Source of the DNA: Candidatus Latescibacterota bacterium
GTDB lineage: Bacteria; Latescibacterota; UBA2968
Direction: 5' to 3'
Length of the DNA: 64,000 bases
NCBI GenBank assembly: GCA_965116885.1
Contig: OZ220741.1
Coordinates: forward strand, 640,001-704,000
Shown: positions 1 through 8,732 of the stretch, piece by piece
How positions within the stretch are numbered: the first letter of the stretch is position 1
Layout: each line of letters begins with the position of its first letter
Program-made: the position numbers and the translations under genes
Notes under the pieces: model-generated
Databases searched by the model: none
Told to the model about the DNA's origin: nothing
Seen by the model: the letters and a program-made list of their open reading frames with translations, nothing else

Positions 1-126
1 TATTCCCTGATTGGGAAACCGGTGAATCTCTTCAATATCCAGACGCGCGCCATCAAAACGCCCCAAAACAGCCCGACCGCTGGACGCACCCAAATCATAA
101 GCGAGATAATTGGTTGTCGATGCCAT
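1..126 (-). CDS. rhaB: rhamnulokinase / FGGY-family sugar kinase, N-terminal part (runs off the window)
   Basis: Minus-strand ATG at 126 with GGAG RBS; my translation MASTTNYLAYDLGASSGRAVLGRFDGARLDIEEIHRFPNQGI carries the DLGASSGR and EEIHRFPN motifs typical of rhamnulokinase N-termini. Not in the ORF track because it is truncated. Confidence 0.75.
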   Translation of the reverse strand, partial: MASTTNYLAYDLGASSGRAVLGRFDGARLDIEEIHRFPNQGI

Positions 127-139
127 AAAAAAACTCCAT

Positions 140-233
140 CAGGATGTGCAAGATTAAAGGATGAACAGGATAAAAGGCAAAAAAGCAACCACAGTCTGAA
201 GCAGGATGTGCAAGATTAAAGGATGAACAGGAT
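140..233. repeat. two exact 32-nt direct repeats CAGGATGTGCAAGATTAAAGGATGAACAGGAT (140-171, 202-233); AGGATGAACAGGAT intergenic repeat family
   Basis: Read directly; related AGGATG/CAGGAT units recur at about 5893-5925 and 63287-63390. Confidence 0.85.
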
Positions 234-406
234 GAAAGGCAAATGCAACTACAGACAAGCAACCACAGATAAAAGGCACCCCTGCTGTAAAAATAAATAC
301 GAGAGCAACAGCACTGGTGCAATTCGCATTGTGTTTACACAATTCAGTGGCTATTATAGGACGCGGTTGGGAAGTGTCAAGTATTTCGTTATCAGGAGTG
401 TGTATT

Positions 407-2041
407 ATGAGCAAAGATTTGAAAGCCGTTTTTCATTTTTGGAAGCGTTTTGCACGTCAAAATGGCCTGAATCGCCGCGATTTAATCAAAGGTGTCGCCA
501 CCGCAAGTCTCGGTCTCGCAGCCGGAACCTTCGGCGCGCCACAGATCTATGGAAATTCAAACGTAGCGAAATCAAAACGACGCAATCGCATCCAACTCGA
601 AAACGCCAGGCGTGGAACGCGCGACTGGTTGCTCACTAAGACCGACATCAACGACATCGAACCGGTGGAATTGTGGCGTTCCCCGCGAATCGAAGGCTAC
701 TGCTCTGAGACGAGCGTGAGTGCTGGCGACACGATCAAGATCATGGTGAGCACGAATCCAGTGTCCCAGTTTGATCTGGAGATCTTCCGCACGGGTTACT
801 ACGGCGGCACCGGCGGTCGTTTCATGAAGCGCTTTGATTCTATACAGGGCAAAACCCAGGCCGATCCGCCGATAGGCGAAAACCGTCTGCGCGAATGCCA
901 ATGGGATCCGTCGGTCGAATTCGAGATTCCAGACGATTGGCTCAGCGGCGTCTATCTGGGCAAACTCACTGCCAAGGAGGGCGGCGTGCAAAGCTACGTC
1001 ATCTTTATTGTGCGCGATGATCGCCCCTGCGATTTGCTCTTCCAGTGCAGCGACATGACCTGGCAAGCCTACAACAGTTGGCCTACCAACGAGTGGTCTC
1101 TTTATCACAACGACGAGAATGGCTACACGGGATATAAGAAAAGGAAAAAGTGGAGCACCAACGCGAACGATACCGGGTGGGTGAGTTTTGACCGTCCCTA
1201 CGCCCAGTTCTGCATGGATCATCTGGTCAAGAATCCCAAGTCCCAGGGTTCGGGCGAGTTTCTTCTTTGGGAATTCCCCCTCTCCTACTGGATAGAGCAG
1301 CAGGGGTACGATGTATCGTATACCTCAAATGTGGATACGCACAGGCACGGTCCGCGATTGCAGCGCACGAAAGGCTTCATCTCCGTGGGCCATGACGAGT
1401 ATTGGACCCGGGAGATGTACGACAACGTCAGCGCGGCTCGGGATGCCGGTGTCAACCTTGCGTTCCTGAGTGGCAATTCGGTTTGGGGTGTGGTGCCTTT
1501 GCTGCCCTCTGCCGAGGGGCAGTCCCACCGGATCATGCGCAGGGAAGGCGTGTTCCTTGGCGAGGAACTCAGCAAGATGTTGAACAAGAGACGCGGCACC
1601 CCCGCCAAGTATCCAGCGGGGCCGGACGGGGCACTGCTTATGGGTGGACGTACGGCCGGTATCGGCGGCGGCGGAGACTGGGTCTGCGTCAAGCCCGATC
1701 ACTGGCTGTATGAAGGCACGGGCATGAAAGAAGGCGACACGATCAAAGGTCTGGTGGGATGGGAATGGCACGGTTCTCCCCCTTACGATCAGCCCGGGAT
1801 GGAAATCCTGGCGAAAGGCGCCACGAAAAATAACCAGGGAAAAGTCAAACCGCCCCATGTCGCGACGATCTACGACGGGCCCAGGAACAACTTTGTGTTC
1901 AACGCCGGGACGATCTGGTGGGCGCAAGGTTTGTCATCGCCTCCAGGCCACGTACTACCCGCGCGAGTTGCCGAGCCGCAAGGCCCGGACCCGCGCGTGC
2001 AGCGCATGATGGAGAATGTGTTCCAACAGTTTATCCAATGA
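407..2041 (+). CDS. Tat-signal protein of the N,N-dimethylformamidase beta-subunit-like family
   Basis: ATG at 407 after AGGAG RBS; twin-arginine NRRDLIK plus hydrophobic stretch; motifs IEGYCS, TWQAYN, SFDRPY, SVGHDEYW, FNAGTIWW match this family. Confidence 0.7.
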   Translation: MSKDLKAVFHFWKRFARQNGLNRRDLIKGVATASLGLAAGTFGAPQIYGNSNVAKSKRRNRIQLENARRGTRDWLLTKTDINDIEPVELWRSPRIEGYCSETSVSAGDTIKIMVSTNPVSQFDLEIFRTGYYGGTGGRFMKRFDSIQGKTQADPPIGENRLRECQWDPSVEFEIPDDWLSGVYLGKLTAKEGGVQSYVIFIVRDDRPCDLLFQCSDMTWQAYNSWPTNEWSLYHNDENGYTGYKKRKKWSTNANDTGWVSFDRPYAQFCMDHLVKNPKSQGSGEFLLWEFPLSYWIEQQGYDVSYTSNVDTHRHGPRLQRTKGFISVGHDEYWTREMYDNVSAARDAGVNLAFLSGNSVWGVVPLLPSAEGQSHRIMRREGVFLGEELSKMLNKRRGTPAKYPAGPDGALLMGGRTAGIGGGGDWVCVKPDHWLYEGTGMKEGDTIKGLVGWEWHGSPPYDQPGMEILAKGATKNNQGKVKPPHVATIYDGPRNNFVFNAGTIWWAQGLSSPPGHVLPARVAEPQGPDPRVQRMMENVFQQFIQ

Positions 2042-2058
2042 TGATTAAGGAGGAGAAC

Positions 2059-3399
2059 TTGAATCTAAATACCCAGAGACCAAATATCCTGTTCATCATG
2101 ACAGATCAACAGCACGCAGACATGATGAGCTGCACAGGTAATAAGTGGTTGAAGACGCCGGCCATGGATAGCCTGGCACGAGATGGTATCCGTTTTGAGA
2201 TGGCATACGCGACAAATCCCGTATGTGTCGCAAGCCGAACCAGCATGGCCACAGGCGTCATGTCCTGTCGCCTTGGTGCGGGCAACAATGGCCCTGGCAT
2301 GGCGATCAAGCAACTCCCGCCTGAAGTGCACGATCATTCGATGGGCAAGATCATGAAGCGTGCCGGCTACGACACGTTCTATGGCGGAAAAGTGCATATG
2401 TGCCCCCCGCTGGCCCCAGAGAATGCAGGTTATGACGAATATTTCCGAAATGATCGCGAAGCACTGCCTGCGGCCTGTCTCCAATTCATGGAGAAGAAGA
2501 GAGGCAACCCCTTTTTTGCCGTAGCATCATTCATCAATCCCCACGATATCTGCTTTGCTCACATTGCCCGCAATGGCGAAGATAGGCACGGCGTGTTGGC
2601 GTTACATAAGGAGGCGTCCTCCCTTGAGATGGATGAACTTCCGCCACTTCCAGACAACTACGCGATACAGCAGAATGAGCCTGCAGCGATCGAAGCACAC
2701 CTGAATCCCAATGCGCCAACGCCCGCTATCACGATGCGGAAGGAATATGACGAGAAGGCATGGCGAATCAATCGGTGGATCTATCATCGACTTACCGAAA
2801 AAGTCGATCGCCACATCGGCGACATTCTCGACGGTTTGAAAAAAGCCGGACTCGAAGAAGACACCATTGTGATTTTCACCAGCGACCACGGCAATATGGA
2901 TGCGAGCCACAGGCTGGCATCCAAGGGTGTCTTCTATGAAGAATCGGTAGGTGTTCCGTTTATCCTCAAACACATAGGAGGCACTCCAGGTGGCCGTACG
3001 AACAGGACGCATCTGGTCTCCACAGGGCTCGATATCCTGCCCACAATTTGTGACTACGCAGGCATCAAGCAGCCTGACCATCTTCTTGGTATGAGCCTTC
3101 GCCCGCTGGCAGAGGATAGGCGTGTGGACGACTGGCGTACCTATGTGGCGTCTGAAAACCACTGGACCCGAATGATCCGAAGTCAGAGATACAAGTATTG
3201 CGCCTACGATCACGCGTTCGGGAATGAGTCACTGGTTGATATGGAGAATGACCCTGGTGAAATGCAAAACCTTGTTGATGATCCCAAATTCCAGGACGTA
3301 ATGACTGAGCATCGCAGACTCCTTGCGGATTGGAGCAACCTTTCCGAAGACAAAGACGCCTCGAAATACCTTAAGACAGGTCCAGGACCTGAAAGATAG
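2059..3399 (+). CDS. sulfatase (choline-sulfatase-like)
   Basis: TTG start after AAGGAGGAG; PNILFIMTDQQ, FGly motif variant CVASR, GKVH, FTSDHG, DPGEMQNL. Confidence 0.85.
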   Translation: MNLNTQRPNILFIMTDQQHADMMSCTGNKWLKTPAMDSLARDGIRFEMAYATNPVCVASRTSMATGVMSCRLGAGNNGPGMAIKQLPPEVHDHSMGKIMKRAGYDTFYGGKVHMCPPLAPENAGYDEYFRNDREALPAACLQFMEKKRGNPFFAVASFINPHDICFAHIARNGEDRHGVLALHKEASSLEMDELPPLPDNYAIQQNEPAAIEAHLNPNAPTPAITMRKEYDEKAWRINRWIYHRLTEKVDRHIGDILDGLKKAGLEEDTIVIFTSDHGNMDASHRLASKGVFYEESVGVPFILKHIGGTPGGRTNRTHLVSTGLDILPTICDYAGIKQPDHLLGMSLRPLAEDRRVDDWRTYVASENHWTRMIRSQRYKYCAYDHAFGNESLVDMENDPGEMQNLVDDPKFQDVMTEHRRLLADWSNLSEDKDASKYLKTGPGPER

Positions 3400-3496
3400 G
3401 CTTATACAACAAGTCTATGAGATGTTTCCAGCGCCTATAGGAATATCTAATTGAGGATAACGACTGATGTCCTCAACATAACATTAGAAAATTTTA

Positions 3497-3529
3497 AACC
3501 CCTGGAGAGATATGCTCTTCAGGGGTTTC
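3497..3529 (+). terminator. possible intrinsic terminator hairpin after the sulfatase
   Basis: AAACCCCTGGAGAG...CTCTTCAGGGGTTT imperfect stem followed by T-rich sequence. Confidence 0.45.
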
Positions 3530-3659
3530 ATTTGGATGGATTTGGGTTGCAATCTGAACGCGAACATCCCGTGCCAAAACGCGAGGACTATGTATGTGTG
3601 ATCAGATGGTATGCGCATCGCCTTTTTCCGCATTCAGGAAGTACGACTGTTGTACAGCA

Positions 3660-3703
3660 TAAAGGTCTATATATAAACCAATAAGATTATATATAGACCT
3701 TTA
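3660..3703. repeat. perfect 17-bp inverted repeat TAAAGGTCTATATATAA-N10-TTATATATAGACCTTTA
   Basis: Read directly, in the AT-rich intergenic region upstream of the CARF-bEBP gene. Confidence 0.85.
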
Positions 3704-3996
3704 TTGTAGCTCTATAACATAGATTAGAGACGATCTAATTATTGTTGGACTATATATCGCCCAATTTTTTGAAAAATTGTTTGGTAATGTTTATGGTGAC
3801 ATATATATTGTGAACTCTCTCAAAAATAATTGATGATTTATACATACTCCTCCAAAATTTTGTGAATCATACATCAACCACTCAGACCTGTCCCATTAGA
3901 TGCTACGGAGTCTATTACAAACAGTCAGAGATTAAAATTTTAAAAATACTGTTTTAGACTACAAAATTCAATGAAATGACTCAAGAGGATAAAGAT

Positions 3997-5640
3997 ATGC
4001 AACACAAATTGGTCGCTGTAGTCGGCAACACACCACAAGTTATGACAGAAATCTTCTGGGCATTGCGTGTCCAGCACAAAGTGCCCATCGATGAAGTATT
4101 TTTGATAACGACAACAGAAGGACAAAAAACCTGCCAAGAACGCCTTTTGGATGAAGGTCGCTTTGACAAGATGTTGTCGGATTACAAGATCGATCCCAAT
4201 ACTGTCGCGTTCAAGCCCGATCATATCCATGTATTTGAAGATGCTGAAGGCAATTTTTTAGACGACATCCGCACCTCAGAAGATAATCGTCTGGCTCGGG
4301 ACCAACTTTTCCGATGGATTGAAAATTGGACGAAGAATGCCCATGTCGCTTTACACTGCTCGCTCGCAGGTGGACGTAAGTCAATGGGATACTTACTCGG
4401 AGCTGCTATCCAATTTTTTGGTCGGTCACAAGATCGCCTGTATCATGTGCTGGTCACGCCACAAGCAATTGAAACAAATCCCGATTTTTTCTTTCCACCC
4501 GTGCACGAAGCGCAAATCCCCACATCAGACGGACAAAAAATTTCTACTGCTGATGTACGTATTGAATTGGCTGAATTGCCTTATGTATCCGTAAGAGATA
4601 TATCCGCATTTGACGATGAAAACTATGACCTAATTCTACAGAAAACGCAAGCAGAAGTGAGACGTGTTCCACGTCTAAGAGCAGAAAACAAACGGCTGAG
4701 AGAAACATCGGGCAATGCTGGCGGCTTGATCGGAAATAGCTTTGCAATGCAAAAAACCAAAGACCGGATTCGACAAGTTGCTGGTGCAGATGATGCAACC
4801 GTGTTGATTTTGGGTGAAACGGGAACGGGTAAAGAGCGCGCAGTTGCAGCACTACATGAACAGAGTACGAGAAAAAATAAACCATTCATAGCAGTTAACT
4901 GCGGTGCATTTCCAGGTGAACTTTTGGATGTAGAGCTATTCGGTGCGGTTCCAGGTGCTTATACCGGACAAGCCGGACCGCGTGAGGGTGCTTTTCGCGC
5001 AGCTAATGGCGGGACCCTTTATCTTGATGAAATCGGAGAATTATCACATGAAGGGCAGGCGAAGCTGTTGCGCGTATTACAAGAAAAGAAAGTGCGCCCG
5101 GTTGGCAGTGATAAACAAGAGGAAGATGTTGATGTACGCATTGTTGCGGCGACCAATCGCGACTTGAAGGCCAGAGTTCAAGAAAAAGCTTTCCGAGAAG
5201 ACCTGCTGTACCGCCTCAATGTTTGGACCATTGAAATGCCACCGTTGCGAGAACGACGCGAAGATATACCGGAGTTAATCGACCTGTTTTGTGAACAATT
5301 TAATGAAAAATACAAACGCAATGTTGTGGGCTTTGATGCCCCAGCCATAGAAGCTATGTGTCGCTACACCTGGCCGGGCAATGTGCGCGAGCTTGAACAT
5401 GAAGTTGAGCGCATCGTCATTGCTGCCCCACAGAGTGCATTTCGCGTACATAAGGAAGACATAGCCAGGCATATTATTGAATCATCAGATTTAGACACGG
5501 GTAGTGGGACACTCAAAGAGCAAGTGGCGCAGTTTAAGAAGCAGAAGATTCAGGAAATACTGGCGCAAACTCAGGGCAGTGTTAAACGCGCCGCGAATAT
5601 ATTGGGTATTAATGAATCAACGGTGAGCCGAAATCGGTAA
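3997..5640 (+). CDS. NE0113-family CARF domain fused to sigma54-dependent enhancer-binding protein (AAA+ and Fis-type HTH)
   Basis: N-terminus: VAVVGNTPQVMTEIFWAL, DDIRTSEDN, HCSLAGGRKSMG, GRSQDRLYHVLV, FFFP (Cas NE0113-type CARF motifs). C-terminus: Walker A GETGTGKE, ELFG, GAYTGQ (GAFTGA-loop variant), Walker B LYLDEI, RIVAATNRDL, FREDLLYRL, WPGNVREL, HTH AANILGINESTV. RBS GAGGA favours ATG 3997; alternative ATG at 3976. Confidence 0.88.
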   Translation: MQHKLVAVVGNTPQVMTEIFWALRVQHKVPIDEVFLITTTEGQKTCQERLLDEGRFDKMLSDYKIDPNTVAFKPDHIHVFEDAEGNFLDDIRTSEDNRLARDQLFRWIENWTKNAHVALHCSLAGGRKSMGYLLGAAIQFFGRSQDRLYHVLVTPQAIETNPDFFFPPVHEAQIPTSDGQKISTADVRIELAELPYVSVRDISAFDDENYDLILQKTQAEVRRVPRLRAENKRLRETSGNAGGLIGNSFAMQKTKDRIRQVAGADDATVLILGETGTGKERAVAALHEQSTRKNKPFIAVNCGAFPGELLDVELFGAVPGAYTGQAGPREGAFRAANGGTLYLDEIGELSHEGQAKLLRVLQEKKVRPVGSDKQEEDVDVRIVAATNRDLKARVQEKAFREDLLYRLNVWTIEMPPLRERREDIPELIDLFCEQFNEKYKRNVVGFDAPAIEAMCRYTWPGNVRELEHEVERIVIAAPQSAFRVHKEDIARHIIESSDLDTGSGTLKEQVAQFKKQKIQEILAQTQGSVKRAANILGINESTVSRNR

Positions 5641-5726
5641 AGAGTAAAGGATAGAGTGAGGGATCGCGGTCATCTCGCCTGCATGGATTTACAGAGAAAA
5701 TCCCAAAAATATGAGTTATAAAAGGC

Positions 5727-5761
5727 GTGCATTTTTGCCTATCGCACAGGCAAAAATGCCT
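5727..5761. promoter_or_regulatory. putative upstream activator sequence 1: two 14-bp quasi-palindromes GTGCATTTTTGCCT and AGGCAAAAATGCCT, 21 bp apart
   Basis: The first box starts 134 bp upstream of the -24 GG; the same arrangement recurs at 7061-7095. Confidence 0.7.
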
Positions 5762-5807
5762 GTTTGAACATCTCATCGTTCATTTCCTGTTTCAAAAAAA
5801 TATCACA

Positions 5808-5820
5808 CAACCTGTTGTTT
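5808..5820 (-). promoter_or_regulatory. IHF-like site in sigma54 cassette 1
   Basis: Minus strand AAACAACAGGTTG, one mismatch to WATCAANNNNTTR, located between the UAS and the -24/-12 box. Confidence 0.5.
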
Positions 5821-5859
5821 TTTTTGATCTCTGAGGAAATTCGGAGATTTTTTTGTGTT

Positions 5860-5875
5860 TGGCACGCGATTTGCA
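5860..5875 (+). promoter_or_regulatory. sigma54 (-24/-12) promoter upstream of cas6
   Basis: TGGCACGCGATTTGCA is an exact TGGCAC-N5-TTGC consensus (GG-N10-GC). Confidence 0.88.
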
Positions 5876-6053
5876 AATAGAAACTGTCAGAATCAGGATG
5901 GGCAGGATGCAAGGATGATCAGGATACCCCCGACCCCACCCAGGGGGTTAGATACCGCAACACATCCGTCGAGATGACCGGAAGATCCCATTTAGTCATG
6001 CATTTGGGCCTATAGATGGGCGCAGAGATTATCCACTATTCAAGGAGATATTG

Positions 6054-7013
6054 ATGTTTGACCTGAAACTCGCGTATATGCGCCTCCATTTCAAAGCGCG
6101 GGGCCATCTGCGCCTGCCTCCTTATAAAGGCTCCACATTTCGCGGGGCTTTTGGCGTGTCATTTAAGCGCGCGGTCTGTATTGTGCAACACGGCGAATGC
6201 GAGCGGTGTCTGATTCGGGCGCAATGCGTGTATCCATACGTATTTGACACACCAGTAGATAATGCACAGGGCATATTTCGAGGGTATCAAGAGGCACCGC
6301 ATCCCTATCTGATCGAACCCCCACTGGAAACAAAAACCGATTACGCGCCAGGCGACGAATTTGCCATTGGTCTGACCTTGATAGGCCGCGCACTGAATTA
6401 TATGCCCTACTTCATCTATACATTCCAGCGAATGGGAGACACAGGTCTTGGACGCGGACGCGGCAAATGCGATCTCATATCGGGCGAAGCACTACACCCG
6501 GATGGGACGTGGCAGAAGGTTTACGACGGAGCGAGCGAAATGTTGCAACAAGACGTACCCCATTTGACCGCACAGGATCTGATGCACAACGATATAGGAT
6601 CTCGGATTCGCCTCTCATTTGTAACACCTACCCAACTCAAAGCAGACCAAATATTGCAGCGCGGATTGGATTTCCCCGTACTCGTACGCGGGTTATTGCG
6701 GCGGTATTCGGCACTGGCCGCATTTCACGCAGACGGACCGCCAGATATAAATTATGCCGACTATATCTCGGCGGCAGAGAATATTCAAACCACATCCCAC
6801 AATTTGACCTGGCGCACCTGGGAGCGGTATTCAAACCGCAAGAACCGACGCATGAGCGTGAGCGGTTTTACAGGAGATGTGGTCTTTGAAGGCGACATGA
6901 CACAATTTCACCCCCTGCTGGCCCTGGGCGTGCCGATACACGTTGGCAAGTTGACCAGCTTTGGGATGGGGCAATACGCTATAAAAGGAAGAAGGGTGAA
7001 GGGTGAAGGGTGA
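6054..7013 (+). CDS. cas6: CRISPR pre-crRNA processing endoribonuclease Cas6
   Basis: GSTFRGAFG, Cys cluster CIVQHGECERCLIRAQCVY, PHPYLIEPP, C-terminal G-rich loop HVGKLTSFGMGQY; AAGGAG RBS. Confidence 0.9.
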   Translation: MFDLKLAYMRLHFKARGHLRLPPYKGSTFRGAFGVSFKRAVCIVQHGECERCLIRAQCVYPYVFDTPVDNAQGIFRGYQEAPHPYLIEPPLETKTDYAPGDEFAIGLTLIGRALNYMPYFIYTFQRMGDTGLGRGRGKCDLISGEALHPDGTWQKVYDGASEMLQQDVPHLTAQDLMHNDIGSRIRLSFVTPTQLKADQILQRGLDFPVLVRGLLRRYSALAAFHADGPPDINYADYISAAENIQTTSHNLTWRTWERYSNRKNRRMSVSGFTGDVVFEGDMTQFHPLLALGVPIHVGKLTSFGMGQYAIKGRRVKGEG

Positions 7014-7060
7014 AGGCAATAGCATGACCTGTTTTATTCCCAGCAGAAATTGTCAAACAA

Positions 7061-7095
7061 GTGCAAAATTGCACAGAGAACGTGCAGAAATGTAC
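7061..7095. promoter_or_regulatory. putative upstream activator sequence 2: GTGCAAAATTGCAC and GTGCAGAAATGTAC, 21 bp apart
   Basis: Same motif, same 21-bp spacing and same 134-bp distance to the -24 GG as UAS 1; both are followed by TTGAACAT. Confidence 0.7.
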
Positions 7096-7140
7096 GCTTG
7101 AACATGTTGGTGTCAATTTGATTTCAGAAAAAATATCGTA

Positions 7141-7153
7141 TAACATATTGTTT
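7141..7153 (-). promoter_or_regulatory. IHF-like site in sigma54 cassette 2
   Basis: Minus strand AAACAATATGTTA, one mismatch to WATCAANNNNTTR, at the position equivalent to cassette 1. Confidence 0.5.
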
Positions 7154-7193
7154 TCTCATAAATTAAAAAATAAATTCAAATTTTCCTCCATTT

Positions 7194-7209
7194 TGGCACG
7201 CGGATTGCA
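7194..7209 (+). promoter_or_regulatory. sigma54 (-24/-12) promoter upstream of DUF1232/YkvA gene (and possibly the cmr operon)
   Basis: TGGCACGCGGATTGCA is an exact TGGCAC-N5-TTGC consensus. Confidence 0.88.
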
Positions 7210-7271
7210 TAAACAAGAGGTGCTCGCAAAAAAGTTTTTAATCCGCAGTAAAAACCAAATGGAGGAATACC

Positions 7272-7622
7272 ATGAAGAATCGAAACAATCAAGGGTATAG
7301 GAAATATTATTCTCAGGACAGCTTCTGGAAAAAGTTGCTCAAATTCGCACGTACCGCGGGCCGGGAAGTCGTTGAGCATGCCCTATCACTCTACTACACC
7401 GCGCAAGCTCCCGACACACCTGCCTGGGCCAAAACGGTCATCACCGGGGCACTGGGGTACTTTATTCTTCCAGCCGATGCAATTCCCGACCTGATCCCGG
7501 CCGTCGGTTACGGCGATGACCTGGGTGCGCTGGCCGCAGCACTCGCAGCCGTGGCGGCTCATGTCACGCCTGAAATCAAAGCCCGCGCGAAAGAAAAAGC
7601 CGCTGAGTGGTTTGGTGAGTGA
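7272..7622 (+). CDS. YkvA / DUF1232 family small membrane-associated protein
   Basis: GGAGGA RBS; FWKKL, TPAWAK, GALGYFILPADAIPDLIPAVGYGDD family signature. Confidence 0.85.
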   Translation: MKNRNNQGYRKYYSQDSFWKKLLKFARTAGREVVEHALSLYYTAQAPDTPAWAKTVITGALGYFILPADAIPDLIPAVGYGDDLGALAAALAAVAAHVTPEIKARAKEKAAEWFGE

Positions 7623-7882
7623 AGTGTAATCCGCAGATGACGCAAATAAATAAAGAGGGGCTGGATAGACTGGCTGCTGACCGCTAAGAGTGGGAAGGAG
7701 ATGAACCACGTACTCTATTGCGCTATTTTCACAGGGATTGTATCCTGTGCAATTCAGGACATCAAGACCGCGTCCTTTGTTCGGTTTCAGAAAGTGGAGC
7801 GACCCACTGCGGTTATAAGAAACGACGTATAAAGAAATCTATGCAAGGAGACAATACGATTTAGTTCCAAAGGAGAAGCGTA

Positions 7883-8722
7883 ATGAATAGGACAGTGTTG
7901 AATCTTGAAACTGTAACACCAATGTTTTTACATGGTGAGAATAGTCGAAATCTCGAACTTCGACCACCGCCGTTCAAATCACTGATGCGTTATTGGTGGC
8001 GAACTGTGCAGGATTGCGAATGGAAATCGCTTCAGAAGGACGAAGCAAAATTATTTGGTAGCACAGATCGTAAAGCACCATTCTCAATTCGTATTTTAGG
8101 AGAAACGGAACTGGACCGTAGGCGCTATAAACCGTTGCCACATCGAACTGATAATCGTGGTTTTCAGACAGATGCGTATAAAGAGGGACAGTCATTTGAC
8201 CTGTATCTGATTACAAAAAACGGATCAAATACTTCGACTTATGAACAGATTGCAAAACTCGGCTTTTTGCTCGGCGGCGTTGGGAATCGATCACGACGTG
8301 GATTCGGTTCGATTCGTGAAACAAACTGGAATTTCACAGACGTTTCTGATCTACGGCAGGAAGTTTTGAATACTCTAAACGCTGTCGCAGGCACTAATCA
8401 TTTTCAGATGATGGGCCAGATCATTGAATCTAAACTCACTCGTTTTCCAGATTATCCTGTTATTATGTCTATCTATTTTGGCAATCCAACGCCCCAGATT
8501 GACACCCTATTAAGGAAAATCGGACAGGCGACTCATACTCATAAAGATGATGCTTTGGGTTATGCAAAAGGAAGACAACGGCTGGCTTCACCTATTCATG
8601 TTCGTATCCAGAAGATGGGATGGAAATATATTCCAATTGTGACCCAACTTTACTTTCCGAAATTCAAACCAGAGAATTTTGAACAAAAGCAAAAGGATTT
8701 TATTGACGCCATCATCACTTAG
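7883..8722 (+). CDS. cmr1: type III-B RAMP Cmr1
   Basis: LETVTPMFLHG, ELRPPPFKSLMRYWWR, EAKLFGS, LGGVGNRSRRGFGS, RLASPI. Confidence 0.9.
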   Translation: MNRTVLNLETVTPMFLHGENSRNLELRPPPFKSLMRYWWRTVQDCEWKSLQKDEAKLFGSTDRKAPFSIRILGETELDRRRYKPLPHRTDNRGFQTDAYKEGQSFDLYLITKNGSNTSTYEQIAKLGFLLGGVGNRSRRGFGSIRETNWNFTDVSDLRQEVLNTLNAVAGTNHFQMMGQIIESKLTRFPDYPVIMSIYFGNPTPQIDTLLRKIGQATHTHKDDALGYAKGRQRLASPIHVRIQKMGWKYIPIVTQLYFPKFKPENFEQKQKDFIDAIIT

Positions 8723-8732
8723 GAGGCTTTCT

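Noticed and set aside
140..270. Two 32-nt direct repeats with a 30-nt spacer as a mini CRISPR array
   Set aside because: Only two units, the intervening and following sequences resemble each other, and the motif belongs to a dispersed intergenic repeat family unrelated to the array repeat.
1918..2058. N-terminal extensions in the ORF track (also 317-406, 8679-8732, 14238-14357, 32463-32540)
   Set aside because: They overlap upstream genes or intergenic DNA; downstream starts have clear RBSs and match family N-termini.
3997..5640. Calling the CARF-bEBP RtcR
   Set aside because: The N-terminal motifs are NE0113-type, and there is no rtcA or rtcB in the window; its neighbours are cas6 and cmr genes.
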